From: Clostridia bacterium
Lineage (GTDB): Bacteria > Bacillota > Clostridia > Oscillospirales > CAG-272
Length of the DNA stretch: 64,000 nt
Assembly: GCA_900768535.1 (NCBI GenBank)
Contig: CAAGDE010000076.1
Span: 23,317 to 87,316 of the forward strand
Reading direction: 5' to 3'
How positions within the stretch are numbered: the stretch's first letter is position 1; every line of letters starts with the position of its first letter. The notes beneath the pieces were generated by a model. It worked only from the letters and a program-made list of their open reading frames with translations, did not search any database and was not told the DNA's origin. Shown piece after piece: positions 46,202 through 55,222 of this stretch. A program made the position numbers and the translations under genes.

Positions 46202-47482
46202 ATGGACGACAGAATGTATCTTTGCATTGACCTCAAAAGCTTTTTCGCCTCGGTGGAGTGCGCCGAGCGCGGTCTGGATACCATGACCGCCCGCCTGGTG
46301 GTGGCGGATCCTGCACGCGGAAGCGGAGCCATCTGTCTGGCGGTCTCCCCGGCGCTCAAGGCGCTGGGCGTGCGCAACCGCTGCCGCATTTTTGAAATTC
46401 CGGCGGAAATCGACTATATCACGGCACTCCCGCGGATGAAGCTCTATATGGAGTACGCCGCACGCATTTATTCGGTCTATCTGCGCTATATCAGCCCGGA
46501 GGATATTCACGTTTATTCCGTTGACGAATGCTTCCTGGATATCACATCCTACCGGAAGCTCTACGGACTGGACGAGCGCGAGCTGGCAAAGCTGCTGACC
46601 GATGCGGTCTTCCGCGAGACCGGCGGCATCTGTGCCACGACCGGAATCGGGACCAACCTTTTCCTCGCGAAGGTGGCGCTGGACATCACCGCAAAGCACG
46701 CACCCGACCGCATCGGCTTCCTGGATGAGGCGGAATTCCGGCGGACGGTCAGCTACCATCGACCGCTGACGGATATCTGGAACATCGGTCACGGGATCGC
46801 GCGGCGGCTGGAGCGGATGGGCATCTACGATCTGCACGGTGTGGCGGAATGCGATGAAGCCGTGCTGTACCGGGAGTTCGGCGTCAATGCGGAATATCTG
46901 ATCGACCATGCGCACGGCAGGGAGCCCTGCACCATTGCCGACATCCACGCGTATGAAGCCAAAAGCGCATCGATTTCAAACGGACAGATCCTGTTTGAAG
47001 ACTACCGGTTTGAGGACGCGCTGACCGTGCTCAAGGAAATGATCGATCCGCTTGTTCTGGAAATGGTGGAGCGGCATCAGGTCACGGATTCCGTCTCGCT
47101 CCAGGTCGGATACTCCCGCGATGTTCACGGATCGGCGGGCGGAACCTGCAGACTGGACGGTTTTACGGATTCCGCAAAGAAGATCCGCCGGGCATTTGTG
47201 GCATATTTCCGGCAGATCGTCAATCCGAATTATCCCATCCGGCGGCTGGGGGTGGGACTGAATAATCTGCAGGATGCCGAATACGCGCGGCTGGACCTGT
47301 TCACCGACCTGACGGCGGAAAAGCGGGAGCATGATCTCCAGCGGACGGTGATTGATCTGCGCCGCCGGTTCGGAAAAAATGCGGTTCTGCACGGACTGAG
47401 CCTGGGGGAAAAAGCCACCGCGCGCCGGCGGAACCGCCTGATCGGAGGACACAACAGTGGAGAAGAACAGCCAAAACACTGA
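46202..47482 (+). CDS. Y-family (translesion) DNA polymerase, UvrX/YqjW/UmuC-like
   Basis: ATG at 46202 follows GGAGGG. CIDLKSFFASVEC and YSVDECFLDIT catalytic motifs. 426 aa. Confidence 0.9.
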   Translation: MDDRMYLCIDLKSFFASVECAERGLDTMTARLVVADPARGSGAICLAVSPALKALGVRNRCRIFEIPAEIDYITALPRMKLYMEYAARIYSVYLRYISPEDIHVYSVDECFLDITSYRKLYGLDERELAKLLTDAVFRETGGICATTGIGTNLFLAKVALDITAKHAPDRIGFLDEAEFRRTVSYHRPLTDIWNIGHGIARRLERMGIYDLHGVAECDEAVLYREFGVNAEYLIDHAHGREPCTIADIHAYEAKSASISNGQILFEDYRFEDALTVLKEMIDPLVLEMVERHQVTDSVSLQVGYSRDVHGSAGGTCRLDGFTDSAKKIRRAFVAYFRQIVNPNYPIRRLGVGLNNLQDAEYARLDLFTDLTAEKREHDLQRTVIDLRRRFGKNAVLHGLSLGEKATARRRNRLIGGHNSGEEQPKH

Positions 47483-47783
47483 CCGGGCGCGGCAGTTCAT
47501 GCCCTTTGCGGCACTGCGCGGCTTTACGGAGCTGCTCCGGGAGCAGGAAGCGGTCCCGGAGCCGAAAAAGCGGCTGTCGGACGCGGCGGCGGGGCGGATT
47601 GACCGGATACTGATTTCTGTCCGGCGCGGCATGATGGTCACCGTGACCTACCATGACGGAACCGCCTACCGGACCATGACCGGAATGGTCTCGCAGGCGG
47701 ATGCGGAGGGGCGGAAGCTGCGGGTCATCAAAACGGACATCCCGTTCGACGCCGTTTTTGAAATAAAAATTGTTGATAACTGA
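47457..47783 (+). CDS. YolD-like protein (accessory partner of Y-family polymerases)
   Basis: GTG at 47457 lies 8 nt after GGAGG. 108 aa with RQFMPFAALRGF. Overlaps the polymerase gene by 26 nt. Confidence 0.75.
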   Translation: MEKNSQNTDRARQFMPFAALRGFTELLREQEAVPEPKKRLSDAAAGRIDRILISVRRGMMVTVTYHDGTAYRTMTGMVSQADAEGRKLRVIKTDIPFDAVFEIKIVDN

Positions 47784-47794
47784 AAGGACAGCCT

Positions 47795-48727
47795 ATGAAA
47801 CCGATTTATACCGTAACCCTGAACCCGGCATTTGATCTGCACTATCAGATGAAGCACTTTGAAGCGCAGAAGGAAAACTACGTGGACAGCATCCTCTGCG
47901 ACGCGGGCGGAAAGGGCATCAACATCTCCCGCGCGCTGAAGGTCAACGGAACCGACAGCACGGCGTTCGTCATCCTCGGCGAGGAAAACGGCGCGTCCTT
48001 TGAGGGGCAGCTGACGCGGGACGGACTGAATTACCGTCCGATCCGGACGTCCGGCCGCATCCGTGAAAACATCACGCTCCATCCGGCGGACAGCCGGGAA
48101 ACGAGAATCAGCCTGGATACCTTCCGCGTGGAGCCGGCGGTTCTGGAGGCGCTGGAGCGGGAGCTGCTTGCCGTCTGCCGTCCGGGCGATCTGCTTGCAT
48201 TCGCGGGCAGAAATCCGAAGGGACTGGATAAGGAAGCGGTCATGGCATTCCTCGGTCGGCTGATTGACGGCGGCGTGCGAATGATTGTGGATTCCAACTC
48301 CTTTGCGCCGGAGGATCTTGTAAAAATCCACCCGTGGCTGATCAAGCCGAACGAGCAGGAGATCGTCTCCTTCCTCGGAACCCCCGTGGAGAGCGCAGAG
48401 GACGCGGCGCGTGCGGCAGGGGAGCTGGTGCGGCGCGGCGTGGCGGAAGAGGTGATGATCAGCCTGGGCGGGGACGGCGCGGTCTGGTCGGACGGAAAGG
48501 AGTCGCTGATTCTGTCCGTCCCGAAGCTGGCGCATCCGGTCTCCACCATCGGCGCGGGAGACAGCACGCTTGCCGGAATTCTGCACGCAACGGCACGGGG
48601 AGCCGACCGCGAAACCGTTCTCCGCACCGCCGTTTCCTTCGGCACAGCCGCCTGCATGACCGAGGGCACCCTCCCGCCCAAGCCGGAGGATGTCTGCACG
48701 GTGTTTGCCCGGACGCGGGTGAAATAA
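47795..48727 (+). CDS. pfkB: 1-phosphofructokinase-family hexose-phosphate kinase (PfkB family)
   Basis: 310 aa with TVTLNPAFD, AGGKGINISRAL and GAGDSTLAG. Confidence 0.85.
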   Translation: MKPIYTVTLNPAFDLHYQMKHFEAQKENYVDSILCDAGGKGINISRALKVNGTDSTAFVILGEENGASFEGQLTRDGLNYRPIRTSGRIRENITLHPADSRETRISLDTFRVEPAVLEALERELLAVCRPGDLLAFAGRNPKGLDKEAVMAFLGRLIDGGVRMIVDSNSFAPEDLVKIHPWLIKPNEQEIVSFLGTPVESAEDAARAAGELVRRGVAEEVMISLGGDGAVWSDGKESLILSVPKLAHPVSTIGAGDSTLAGILHATARGADRETVLRTAVSFGTAACMTEGTLPPKPEDVCTVFARTRVK

Positions 48728-48779
48728 GCGAAGCACCGGAAAATTTCTTCCGTAAATCATTTTATTTACAAAAAAGGTG

Positions 48780-48808
48780 TTTACAAATGCCGCGAAATGT
48801 AGTAAAAT
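48780..48808 (+). promoter_or_regulatory. promoter of the pyrH-frr... cluster
   Basis: TTTACA (48780-48785), 17-nt spacer, TAAAAT (48803-48808). Confidence 0.5.
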
Positions 48809-48845
48809 AAAAGGGAACGTGACATCAGACGAAGGAGTTTCACAT

Positions 48846-49565
48846 ATGGAAACACAACCGAAATACCGCCGGGTACTGCTGAAGCTGTCGGGCGAGGCAC
48901 TTTCCGCCGGCGCGGACGGAATTCTGAATTTCGAATTTACCGATCGGGTTGCAAAACAGATCAGACGCTGTGTCGATGCGGGCGTGCAGGTCGCGGTCGT
49001 GGTCGGCGCAGGGAACATCTGGCGCGGCAGACAGGGGACCGATATGGATCGCGTCCGTGCCGACCACATGGGAATGCTTGCAACCGTCATCAACTCCATT
49101 GCACTCCAGGATGCCTTCATCCGTGCGGGTATGGAAGCGGTGGTCATGACTGCGGTGGATATCCGTGCCTTTGCGGATGTTTACACGGCGCGGGACGCGA
49201 TCGGCGCACTGGAGGAAGGGAAGGTTGTGATCTTCGGTGCCGGACTGGGTGTCCCGTATTTCTCCACAGACACCTGTGCGGTGCTCCGGGCGGCGGAGAT
49301 TCATGCCGACTGCGTGCTGATGGCGAAAAACATCGACGCCATTTACAGCGCCGATCCGAGGAAGGACCCCAACGCAACGCGCTACAGCGAGCTGACCTAC
49401 CGTCAGATCATCGACCGGAACCTCAAGGCGCTGGATCAGTCCGCCATGCTCTTCTGCATGGAGAACGACATCAGCGGCTACGCGTTCGGACTGGCGGATC
49501 CCGAAAACATCTACCGTGTCGTCATGGGTGAGCCGATCGGCACCCTGATTCATAACAAAGACTGA
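48846..49565 (+). CDS. pyrH: UMP kinase
   Basis: ATG at 48846 follows GAAGGAG. YRRVLLKLSGEAL and VVVGAGNIWRG. Confidence 0.95.
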   Translation: METQPKYRRVLLKLSGEALSAGADGILNFEFTDRVAKQIRRCVDAGVQVAVVVGAGNIWRGRQGTDMDRVRADHMGMLATVINSIALQDAFIRAGMEAVVMTAVDIRAFADVYTARDAIGALEEGKVVIFGAGLGVPYFSTDTCAVLRAAEIHADCVLMAKNIDAIYSADPRKDPNATRYSELTYRQIIDRNLKALDQSAMLFCMENDISGYAFGLADPENIYRVVMGEPIGTLIHNKD

Positions 49566-49591
49566 TTACACAGAAAGGATTGGATGAGAAG

Positions 49592-50146
49592 ATGAAGTAC
49601 AACACCAAGCAAACCGAAGAAAAAATGCAGAAGAGCATTGCCGCGTACGAAAGCAATCTCTCCACCATCCGGGCAAGCCAGGCAAACGCCGCAATCATTT
49701 CCAAGGTGACGTTTGAATACTACGGCGCGCCTACACGGATTGTGGATATGGCATCGGTGGCGGTGACCGACCCCAAGACGCTGACCATCTCCCCGTATGA
49801 CCGTTCTACCCTGAAGGCAATGGTCAAAGCGATCCTTGCTTCCGATATCGGTATTACGCCGAGCGATGACGGCAGTGTCATCCGTCTGATCTTCCCGCAG
49901 CTGACCGAGGAGCACCGGAAGAACCTGACCAAGCAGATTCAGAAGATGGGCGAGGATGCCCGCGTTGCCATCCGGAATATCCGCCGCGAAGCCAACGACG
50001 AGATCAAGAAGCTCAAAAAGGACGGCGAGATGACCGAGGATGAGCAGAAGGCAAGCGAAAAGTCCGTGCAGGATCTGACCGACAGGTACATCAAGTCTGT
50101 CGATGACATTACGGCTAAGAAGGACATGGAGATCATGCAGGTCTGA
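49592..50146 (+). CDS. frr: ribosome recycling factor
   Basis: 184 aa from ATG 49592 (alternative TTG at 49580). The sequence LTEEHRKNLTKQ..EDARVAIRNIRREAND is typical of Frr. Confidence 0.95.
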   Translation: MKYNTKQTEEKMQKSIAAYESNLSTIRASQANAAIISKVTFEYYGAPTRIVDMASVAVTDPKTLTISPYDRSTLKAMVKAILASDIGITPSDDGSVIRLIFPQLTEEHRKNLTKQIQKMGEDARVAIRNIRREANDEIKKLKKDGEMTEDEQKASEKSVQDLTDRYIKSVDDITAKKDMEIMQV

Positions 50147-50214
50147 CGCGGTGGTTCCGCAAGTTCCCGGCGGGAGTCGCAAAACGGTTCCCGCCGGATT
50201 TTTTGGAGAGGATC

Positions 50215-50952
50215 ATGTTTTTCCGAAAGAAAAAAAGCACGGAGAATACACGCCCCGATCTGTCGGACGGGCGCCTTTTGCACATTGCGTTCATCATGGA
50301 CGGCAACGGACGCTGGGCAAAGCGGCGCGGAATGCCGCGGGAATACGGTCATAAGCGCGGCGCGGAAACCTTCCGCCGCATCGGTCGCTACTGTGAGTCC
50401 ATCGGGCTGCGGTGCATGACCGTTTACGCCTTTTCCACCGAGAACTGGAAGCGCCCGGCGCATGAGGTTGAGGCGCTGATCCGTCTGCTGGACGACTATA
50501 TCGAAGAATTTTTCCGCGAGATGGATCAGGAGAAGATTCATCTGCGCTTCATCGGCAATCTGGAGGCGTTTCCCGCGACACTGCGGGAGAAGATGGAGCG
50601 GATAGACCGGGAGACCGCGCACGAGCCGTTTCTGCTCAATATTGCGGTCAATTACGGCGGCAGGGAGGAGATTGCCCATGCCTGCGGAGAGCTGCTGCGG
50701 GAAGGGAAAACCTCCGTGACCGAGGAGGACATCTCGGCGCACCTCTACACCGCCGGCTGTCCAGATCCCGACCTCATCGTGCGGACGGGCGGGGATCTGC
50801 GCTCCTCCAACTTTCTGCTCTGGCAGTCCGCCTATGCGGAGTACTATTTCACCGATACGCTCTGGCCGGATTACAGCGAACGGGACGTGGACGAAGCCGT
50901 CCGCTCCTTCCTCGGCCGAAAGCGGCGCTTCGGCGGTGTCAAAAACGTTTGA
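50215..50952 (+). CDS. uppS: isoprenyl transferase (undecaprenyl diphosphate synthase)
   Basis: ATG at 50215 follows GGAGAGG. HIAFIMDGNGRWAK and RTGGDLRSSNFLLWQ. Confidence 0.93.
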   Translation: MFFRKKKSTENTRPDLSDGRLLHIAFIMDGNGRWAKRRGMPREYGHKRGAETFRRIGRYCESIGLRCMTVYAFSTENWKRPAHEVEALIRLLDDYIEEFFREMDQEKIHLRFIGNLEAFPATLREKMERIDRETAHEPFLLNIAVNYGGREEIAHACGELLREGKTSVTEEDISAHLYTAGCPDPDLIVRTGGDLRSSNFLLWQSAYAEYYFTDTLWPDYSERDVDEAVRSFLGRKRRFGGVKNV

Positions 50953-50970
50953 TTTGGAAAGGGATTCGCT

Positions 50971-51801
50971 ATGAAACAACGGATCGTCACGGCGGTGGTT
51001 GCCTTTTTCGTCCTGCTGCCGGTTCTGATTTTTTCGGATACGGTTGTATTCCCGTTGGGACTTGCAGTCTGTGCCGTCCTGTCCGTGTGGGAAATGTTCG
51101 CCTGCGTGGGACTGAAAAATGCGTGGATCTTCACCGTTCCCATGTACCTCATCGGTGCGGCGTTCCCGTTCCTCATCCGCTACCTGCCGGACCTTGCGGC
51201 ACCGGTCGCAATCGCCGCAGCGGTGATCTGGACACTGTACGCCTTTACGGTGCTGATCTTTGCGCACGGGAAATATCCCGTGGAGTCGGTCTTTGTCGCA
51301 TCCTTCAGCCTGCTCTACATTTTCATCGGCTTCAATGCGATCCTGTTTATCCATGACCGGGAGCCGGGCGGAAGATACCTCTACTATATCTGCTTCCTCG
51401 GCGCGTGGATCACCGATATTTTTGCCTACTTCTGCGGCAGAGCCTTCGGAAAGCATAAGCTCATCCCGGCGGTCAGCCCGAAAAAGACCGTGGAGGGGAG
51501 CATCGGCGGAACGCTCTTCTGCGTCCTTGCAACGGTGGTGTTCGGTGCGGTGGTGGAGGCGCTGGTACCGGAAATCACGGCAAACCTCGCTGTTTTTGCG
51601 GTTGCAGGGCTTCTGATCGCGGTGGTGTCGCAGATCGGCGATCTTTCCATGTCGGTTATCAAGCGGAACTACGGGGTCAAGGATTACGGTTTCATCTTTC
51701 CGGGGCACGGCGGCGTGCTGGACCGGTTCGATTCGGTCATCGCGGTGTCGGCACTGCTGATGGTGTTCGCCCTCTTCTTCAACTTTTTTGAATCAGTATG
51801 A
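50971..51801 (+). CDS. cdsA: phosphatidate cytidylyltransferase
   Basis: 276 aa, polytopic, with the signature SVIKRNYGVKDYGFIFPGHGGVLDRFDS. Confidence 0.88.
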   Translation: MKQRIVTAVVAFFVLLPVLIFSDTVVFPLGLAVCAVLSVWEMFACVGLKNAWIFTVPMYLIGAAFPFLIRYLPDLAAPVAIAAAVIWTLYAFTVLIFAHGKYPVESVFVASFSLLYIFIGFNAILFIHDREPGGRYLYYICFLGAWITDIFAYFCGRAFGKHKLIPAVSPKKTVEGSIGGTLFCVLATVVFGAVVEALVPEITANLAVFAVAGLLIAVVSQIGDLSMSVIKRNYGVKDYGFIFPGHGGVLDRFDSVIAVSALLMVFALFFNFFESV

Positions 51802-52985
51802 AAAAACAAACAGAATGCTATCCGTCTGTCACCGTCCTCGGCTCCACCGGTTCGGTCGGTGAACAGGCGATGGAGGTTGCCCGGCAGACGGGTGCACAAG
51901 TCAACGCCCTTTGCGCGGGGAGAAACGCGCGGCGCGTGGAGGAGCAGGTGCGGGAGTTTTGCGTTCCGGTCTGTGCCATGGCGGATGAAGGGGCGGCGGC
52001 GGAGCTGCGGGTGCGCCTTGCCGACACCGGCGTGCGGGTGCTTTCCGGCATGGAAGGCATCTGCGAGATGATCGCGGAGAATCACGGCGGGGACGAGGTC
52101 GTCCTCAATTCCGTCATCGGCGAGGCGGGACTGCGCCCGACGCTGGCGGTTCTTTCCGCAGGGAAGCGGCTGGCGCTGGCAAACAAGGAGTCGCTGGTCT
52201 GTGCAGGGGAGATTGTCATGGATCTGGCGCGCCGGATGGGACAGACCGTCCTTCCGGTTGACAGCGAGCACTGCGCCATCTTCCAATGCCTGCGGGCGGG
52301 AGCGCAGAAGGAGATCAAAAAGCTCCTGCTCACCGCGTCCGGCGGCCCCTTTTACGGCTGCAGCCGCGAACAGCTGGCGGACATCACCGTGGAGCGCGCG
52401 CTGGCGCATCCGACCTGGAAAATGGGCGCCAAAATCACGGTTGACAGCGCCACGCTGATGAACAAGGGCTTTGAGGTCATTGAGGCGGTGCATCTCTTCG
52501 GCGTGGCGCCGGAGCGTGTGGAGGTGCTGGTTCACCGCGAAAGCATAATGCATTCGGCGGTCGAATATACTGATCACAGCGTGATTGCGCAGATGTCGGT
52601 GCCGGATATGCGGCTTTGCGTGCAGTACGCGCTGACGCATCCGAGACGTGCCGCGGCGGTGATTCCGGAGCTGGATCTCTTTTCCGCGGGGCATCTGACC
52701 TTTGCGCGCCCGGATACCGAAACCTTCCCGCTTCTCCCGCTGGCGCGGTCGGCAATCGCATCCGGCGGCGCGGTTCCTGCGGTACTCAATGCCGCAAACG
52801 AGGTAGCGGTGGCGGCGTTTCTGTCGCACGGGCTCACCTTTCCGGGCATTGCGGAGGTCGTGACCGAAACGGTGGAACGTCTGCGTCCGTCCGCAAGGAC
52901 AGCACGAACGGTTGAGGACATTTTCGCGTTCGACGCCGAGGCAAGGGCAACAGCGGAAAAAATCAAAACTGGGGGCAAGCTATGA
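51798..52985 (+). CDS. dxr: 1-deoxy-D-xylulose 5-phosphate reductoisomerase
   Basis: 395 aa with VLGSTGSVGEQ, LANKESLV and DSEHCAIFQC. Confidence 0.95.
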   Translation: MKKQTECYPSVTVLGSTGSVGEQAMEVARQTGAQVNALCAGRNARRVEEQVREFCVPVCAMADEGAAAELRVRLADTGVRVLSGMEGICEMIAENHGGDEVVLNSVIGEAGLRPTLAVLSAGKRLALANKESLVCAGEIVMDLARRMGQTVLPVDSEHCAIFQCLRAGAQKEIKKLLLTASGGPFYGCSREQLADITVERALAHPTWKMGAKITVDSATLMNKGFEVIEAVHLFGVAPERVEVLVHRESIMHSAVEYTDHSVIAQMSVPDMRLCVQYALTHPRRAAAVIPELDLFSAGHLTFARPDTETFPLLPLARSAIASGGAVPAVLNAANEVAVAAFLSHGLTFPGIAEVVTETVERLRPSARTARTVEDIFAFDAEARATAEKIKTGGKL

Positions 52986-54124
52986 TTGTTCTGTATATTT
53001 TACTGTCAGTTGCCATTTTCGGCTTTCTGATCTTTGTTCATGAGCTGGGACATTTTCTGGTTGCGCGCGCGTGCGGTGTCAGAATTCTGGAATTTGCCAT
53101 CGGCATGGGACCGCGGATCCTGTCGCGCCGGTCCAAAAAGAGCGGCACGGTCTACGCGCTCCGTGCGTTTCCCATCGGCGGCTTTGTAAGTATGCTCGGC
53201 GAGAGCGGCATGGAGCTGGCACAGGGGAACGAAAAAGGGGAGGTCGTTGTGGAGGATCCGGATAACCCGATCCTGAACGATGTCAAAACCAAGGAGGAAG
53301 CCGCAGAGCTGACCGAGGAGGACGAAAAGCACGCCTACTGCAACCAGAGTGCGTGGCGCAGGATCCTCATTTCCCTGGCGGGTCCCGCGATGAACATTCT
53401 GCTGGGATTCCTTTTGATGTTCATCCTGGTCGGCGCGTGGGGAAAACAGGGGAATCTCGGCGGGACGGTCATTGCAGGCTTCCCGGAGGGGAACATCAGC
53501 CATGCATCCGGACTGGAGATCGGGGATGAGGTGCTGAAGATCGGAAAGACATCGGTTCATACGCTCTACCAGCTCAACTACGAGATCACCTCACAGGGCT
53601 ACAAGCCGGTCAATGTCACCGTGCGCAGAAACGGGGAGAAAATCGTGCTTGAGAATGTCATTTTCCCGACCGGCGTGCAGAGCAACACCACCTTCGGGCA
53701 GATGGATTTCCAGGTCTGGGGGGATCGGCTGACCTTCCCGAAGCTGGTCAAGCACAGCTTCTGGCAGTCCTGCTCGGCAGTGAAAATGGTGTACGATTCG
53801 CTGTTCGGACTGGTCGGCGGACGCTTCTCTGCCGACAGCGTGTCGGGACCGGTCGGCATTACGGGAACCATCGCGCAGGCGGCAAAAAGCTCGGCGCTGA
53901 ATGTGCTGCACCTGGTCATTGTCATTTCGGTCAACCTCGGCGTGATGAATCTGCTCCCGATTCCGGCGCTCGACGGCGGACACATCCTGCTTTATGTGGT
54001 CGAGCTGATCCGCCGCAAAAAGGCAAAGCCGCAGGTCGAGGGGATCATCAATTTCGTGGGGCTTGTCGTTTTGCTGGCGCTGATGGCGGTTGTGATGTTC
54101 AAGGATATCATCTCCCTGTTCTGA
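52982..54124 (+). CDS. rseP: RIP metalloprotease RseP (site-2 protease, M50)
   Basis: 380 aa with HELGHF in TM1, a PDZ-like middle region and NLLPIPALDGG. Confidence 0.9.
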   Translation: MIVLYILLSVAIFGFLIFVHELGHFLVARACGVRILEFAIGMGPRILSRRSKKSGTVYALRAFPIGGFVSMLGESGMELAQGNEKGEVVVEDPDNPILNDVKTKEEAAELTEEDEKHAYCNQSAWRRILISLAGPAMNILLGFLLMFILVGAWGKQGNLGGTVIAGFPEGNISHASGLEIGDEVLKIGKTSVHTLYQLNYEITSQGYKPVNVTVRRNGEKIVLENVIFPTGVQSNTTFGQMDFQVWGDRLTFPKLVKHSFWQSCSAVKMVYDSLFGLVGGRFSADSVSGPVGITGTIAQAAKSSALNVLHLVIVISVNLGVMNLLPIPALDGGHILLYVVELIRRKKAKPQVEGIINFVGLVVLLALMAVVMFKDIISLF

Positions 54125-54133
54125 GGGTCTGAC

Positions 54134-55222
54134 ATGGATTACAATAAAATCAGAAGAAAAACAACGCCGGTCCGGGTCGGAAACCGCATCATCGGCGGAG
54201 ATGCACCGATTGCGATTCAGTCCATGACCAATACCGACACCATGGATTTTCCCGCAACCGTGCGGCAGATAAAGGCACTGGAGGAGGCGGGATGCGACAT
54301 CGTGCGCGTCACGGTTCCAACCCCGGAGGCGGCGCAGATCATCACTGCTGTCCGGGATGCCGGCATCCGCATTCCGATCGTTGCGGACATTCACTTCGAC
54401 TACCGGGCGGCACTGCGCTGTGCGGCGCTCGGATTCGACAAAATCCGCATCAACCCCGGCAACATCGGCGGGGAGGATCGCGTCCGAGCGGTGGCGGAAG
54501 CCTGCGGTGAGAGGCAGATTCCCATCCGCATCGGCGTCAACGGCGGCTCGCTGGAAAAGCACATCCTTGCAAAATACGGTTCTCCGACGCCCGAAGCGCT
54601 TTGTGAGAGCGCACTGTATCACGCGTCCCTGTTGGAGCGGTTCGGTTTTCGCAACCTCATCATTTCCATCAAGACTTCGACCGTGCAGGACATGATCGGA
54701 GCAAACCGCCGCATGGCATCGCTCTGTTCGTATCCGCTCCACCTGGGCGTGACCGAGGCGGGCGGGGGAGAGCGCGGACTGCTCAAGGGCGCCATCGGAA
54801 TCGGCGCGCTGCTGTCGGACGGCATCGGGGACACCGTGAGGGTTTCCCTGACCGATGACCCGGTGCGTGAGGTCGCGGCGGCAAAACAGATTCTGCGCGC
54901 CGTCGGCATTGACGGTCAGCGCGGCATGGACATCATCAGCTGTCCCACCTGCGGACGGACAAAAATCGACCTGATTCCGCTCTGCCGCCGCTTTGAGGAG
55001 GCAATCCGCGAAGAAGGTCTGGAGGAGCTTCCGCTGCGGGTCGCCCTGATGGGGTGCGCGGTCAACGGACCGGGAGAGGCAAGGGAAGCGGACATCGGTG
55101 TAGCGGGCGGAATCCGCGAGGCGGTTCTGTTCCGGCACGGGGAAATCGTGGAAAAGATTCCGGAGGAGGAGATCATTCCGCGCCTGATCCGGGAGATCAA
55201 ACAGATGGGAAATGTGACATGA
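54134..55222 (+). CDS. ispG: 4-hydroxy-3-methylbut-2-en-1-yl diphosphate synthase
   Basis: 362 aa with VRVGN..IGGDAPIAIQSMTNT and ISCPTCGRT. Confidence 0.95.
   Translation: MDYNKIRRKTTPVRVGNRIIGGDAPIAIQSMTNTDTMDFPATVRQIKALEEAGCDIVRVTVPTPEAAQIITAVRDAGIRIPIVADIHFDYRAALRCAALGFDKIRINPGNIGGEDRVRAVAEACGERQIPIRIGVNGGSLEKHILAKYGSPTPEALCESALYHASLLERFGFRNLIISIKTSTVQDMIGANRRMASLCSYPLHLGVTEAGGGERGLLKGAIGIGALLSDGIGDTVRVSLTDDPVREVAAAKQILRAVGIDGQRGMDIISCPTCGRTKIDLIPLCRRFEEAIREEGLEELPLRVALMGCAVNGPGEAREADIGVAGGIREAVLFRHGEIVEKIPEEEIIPRLIREIKQMGNVT

Noticed and set aside
46141-48727. Prophage or integrative element inserted at tRNA-Leu.
   Set aside because: There is no integrase, recombinase or phage structural gene, and I could not see a direct repeat of the tRNA 3' end. 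It is kept only as a remnant hypothesis in the findings.
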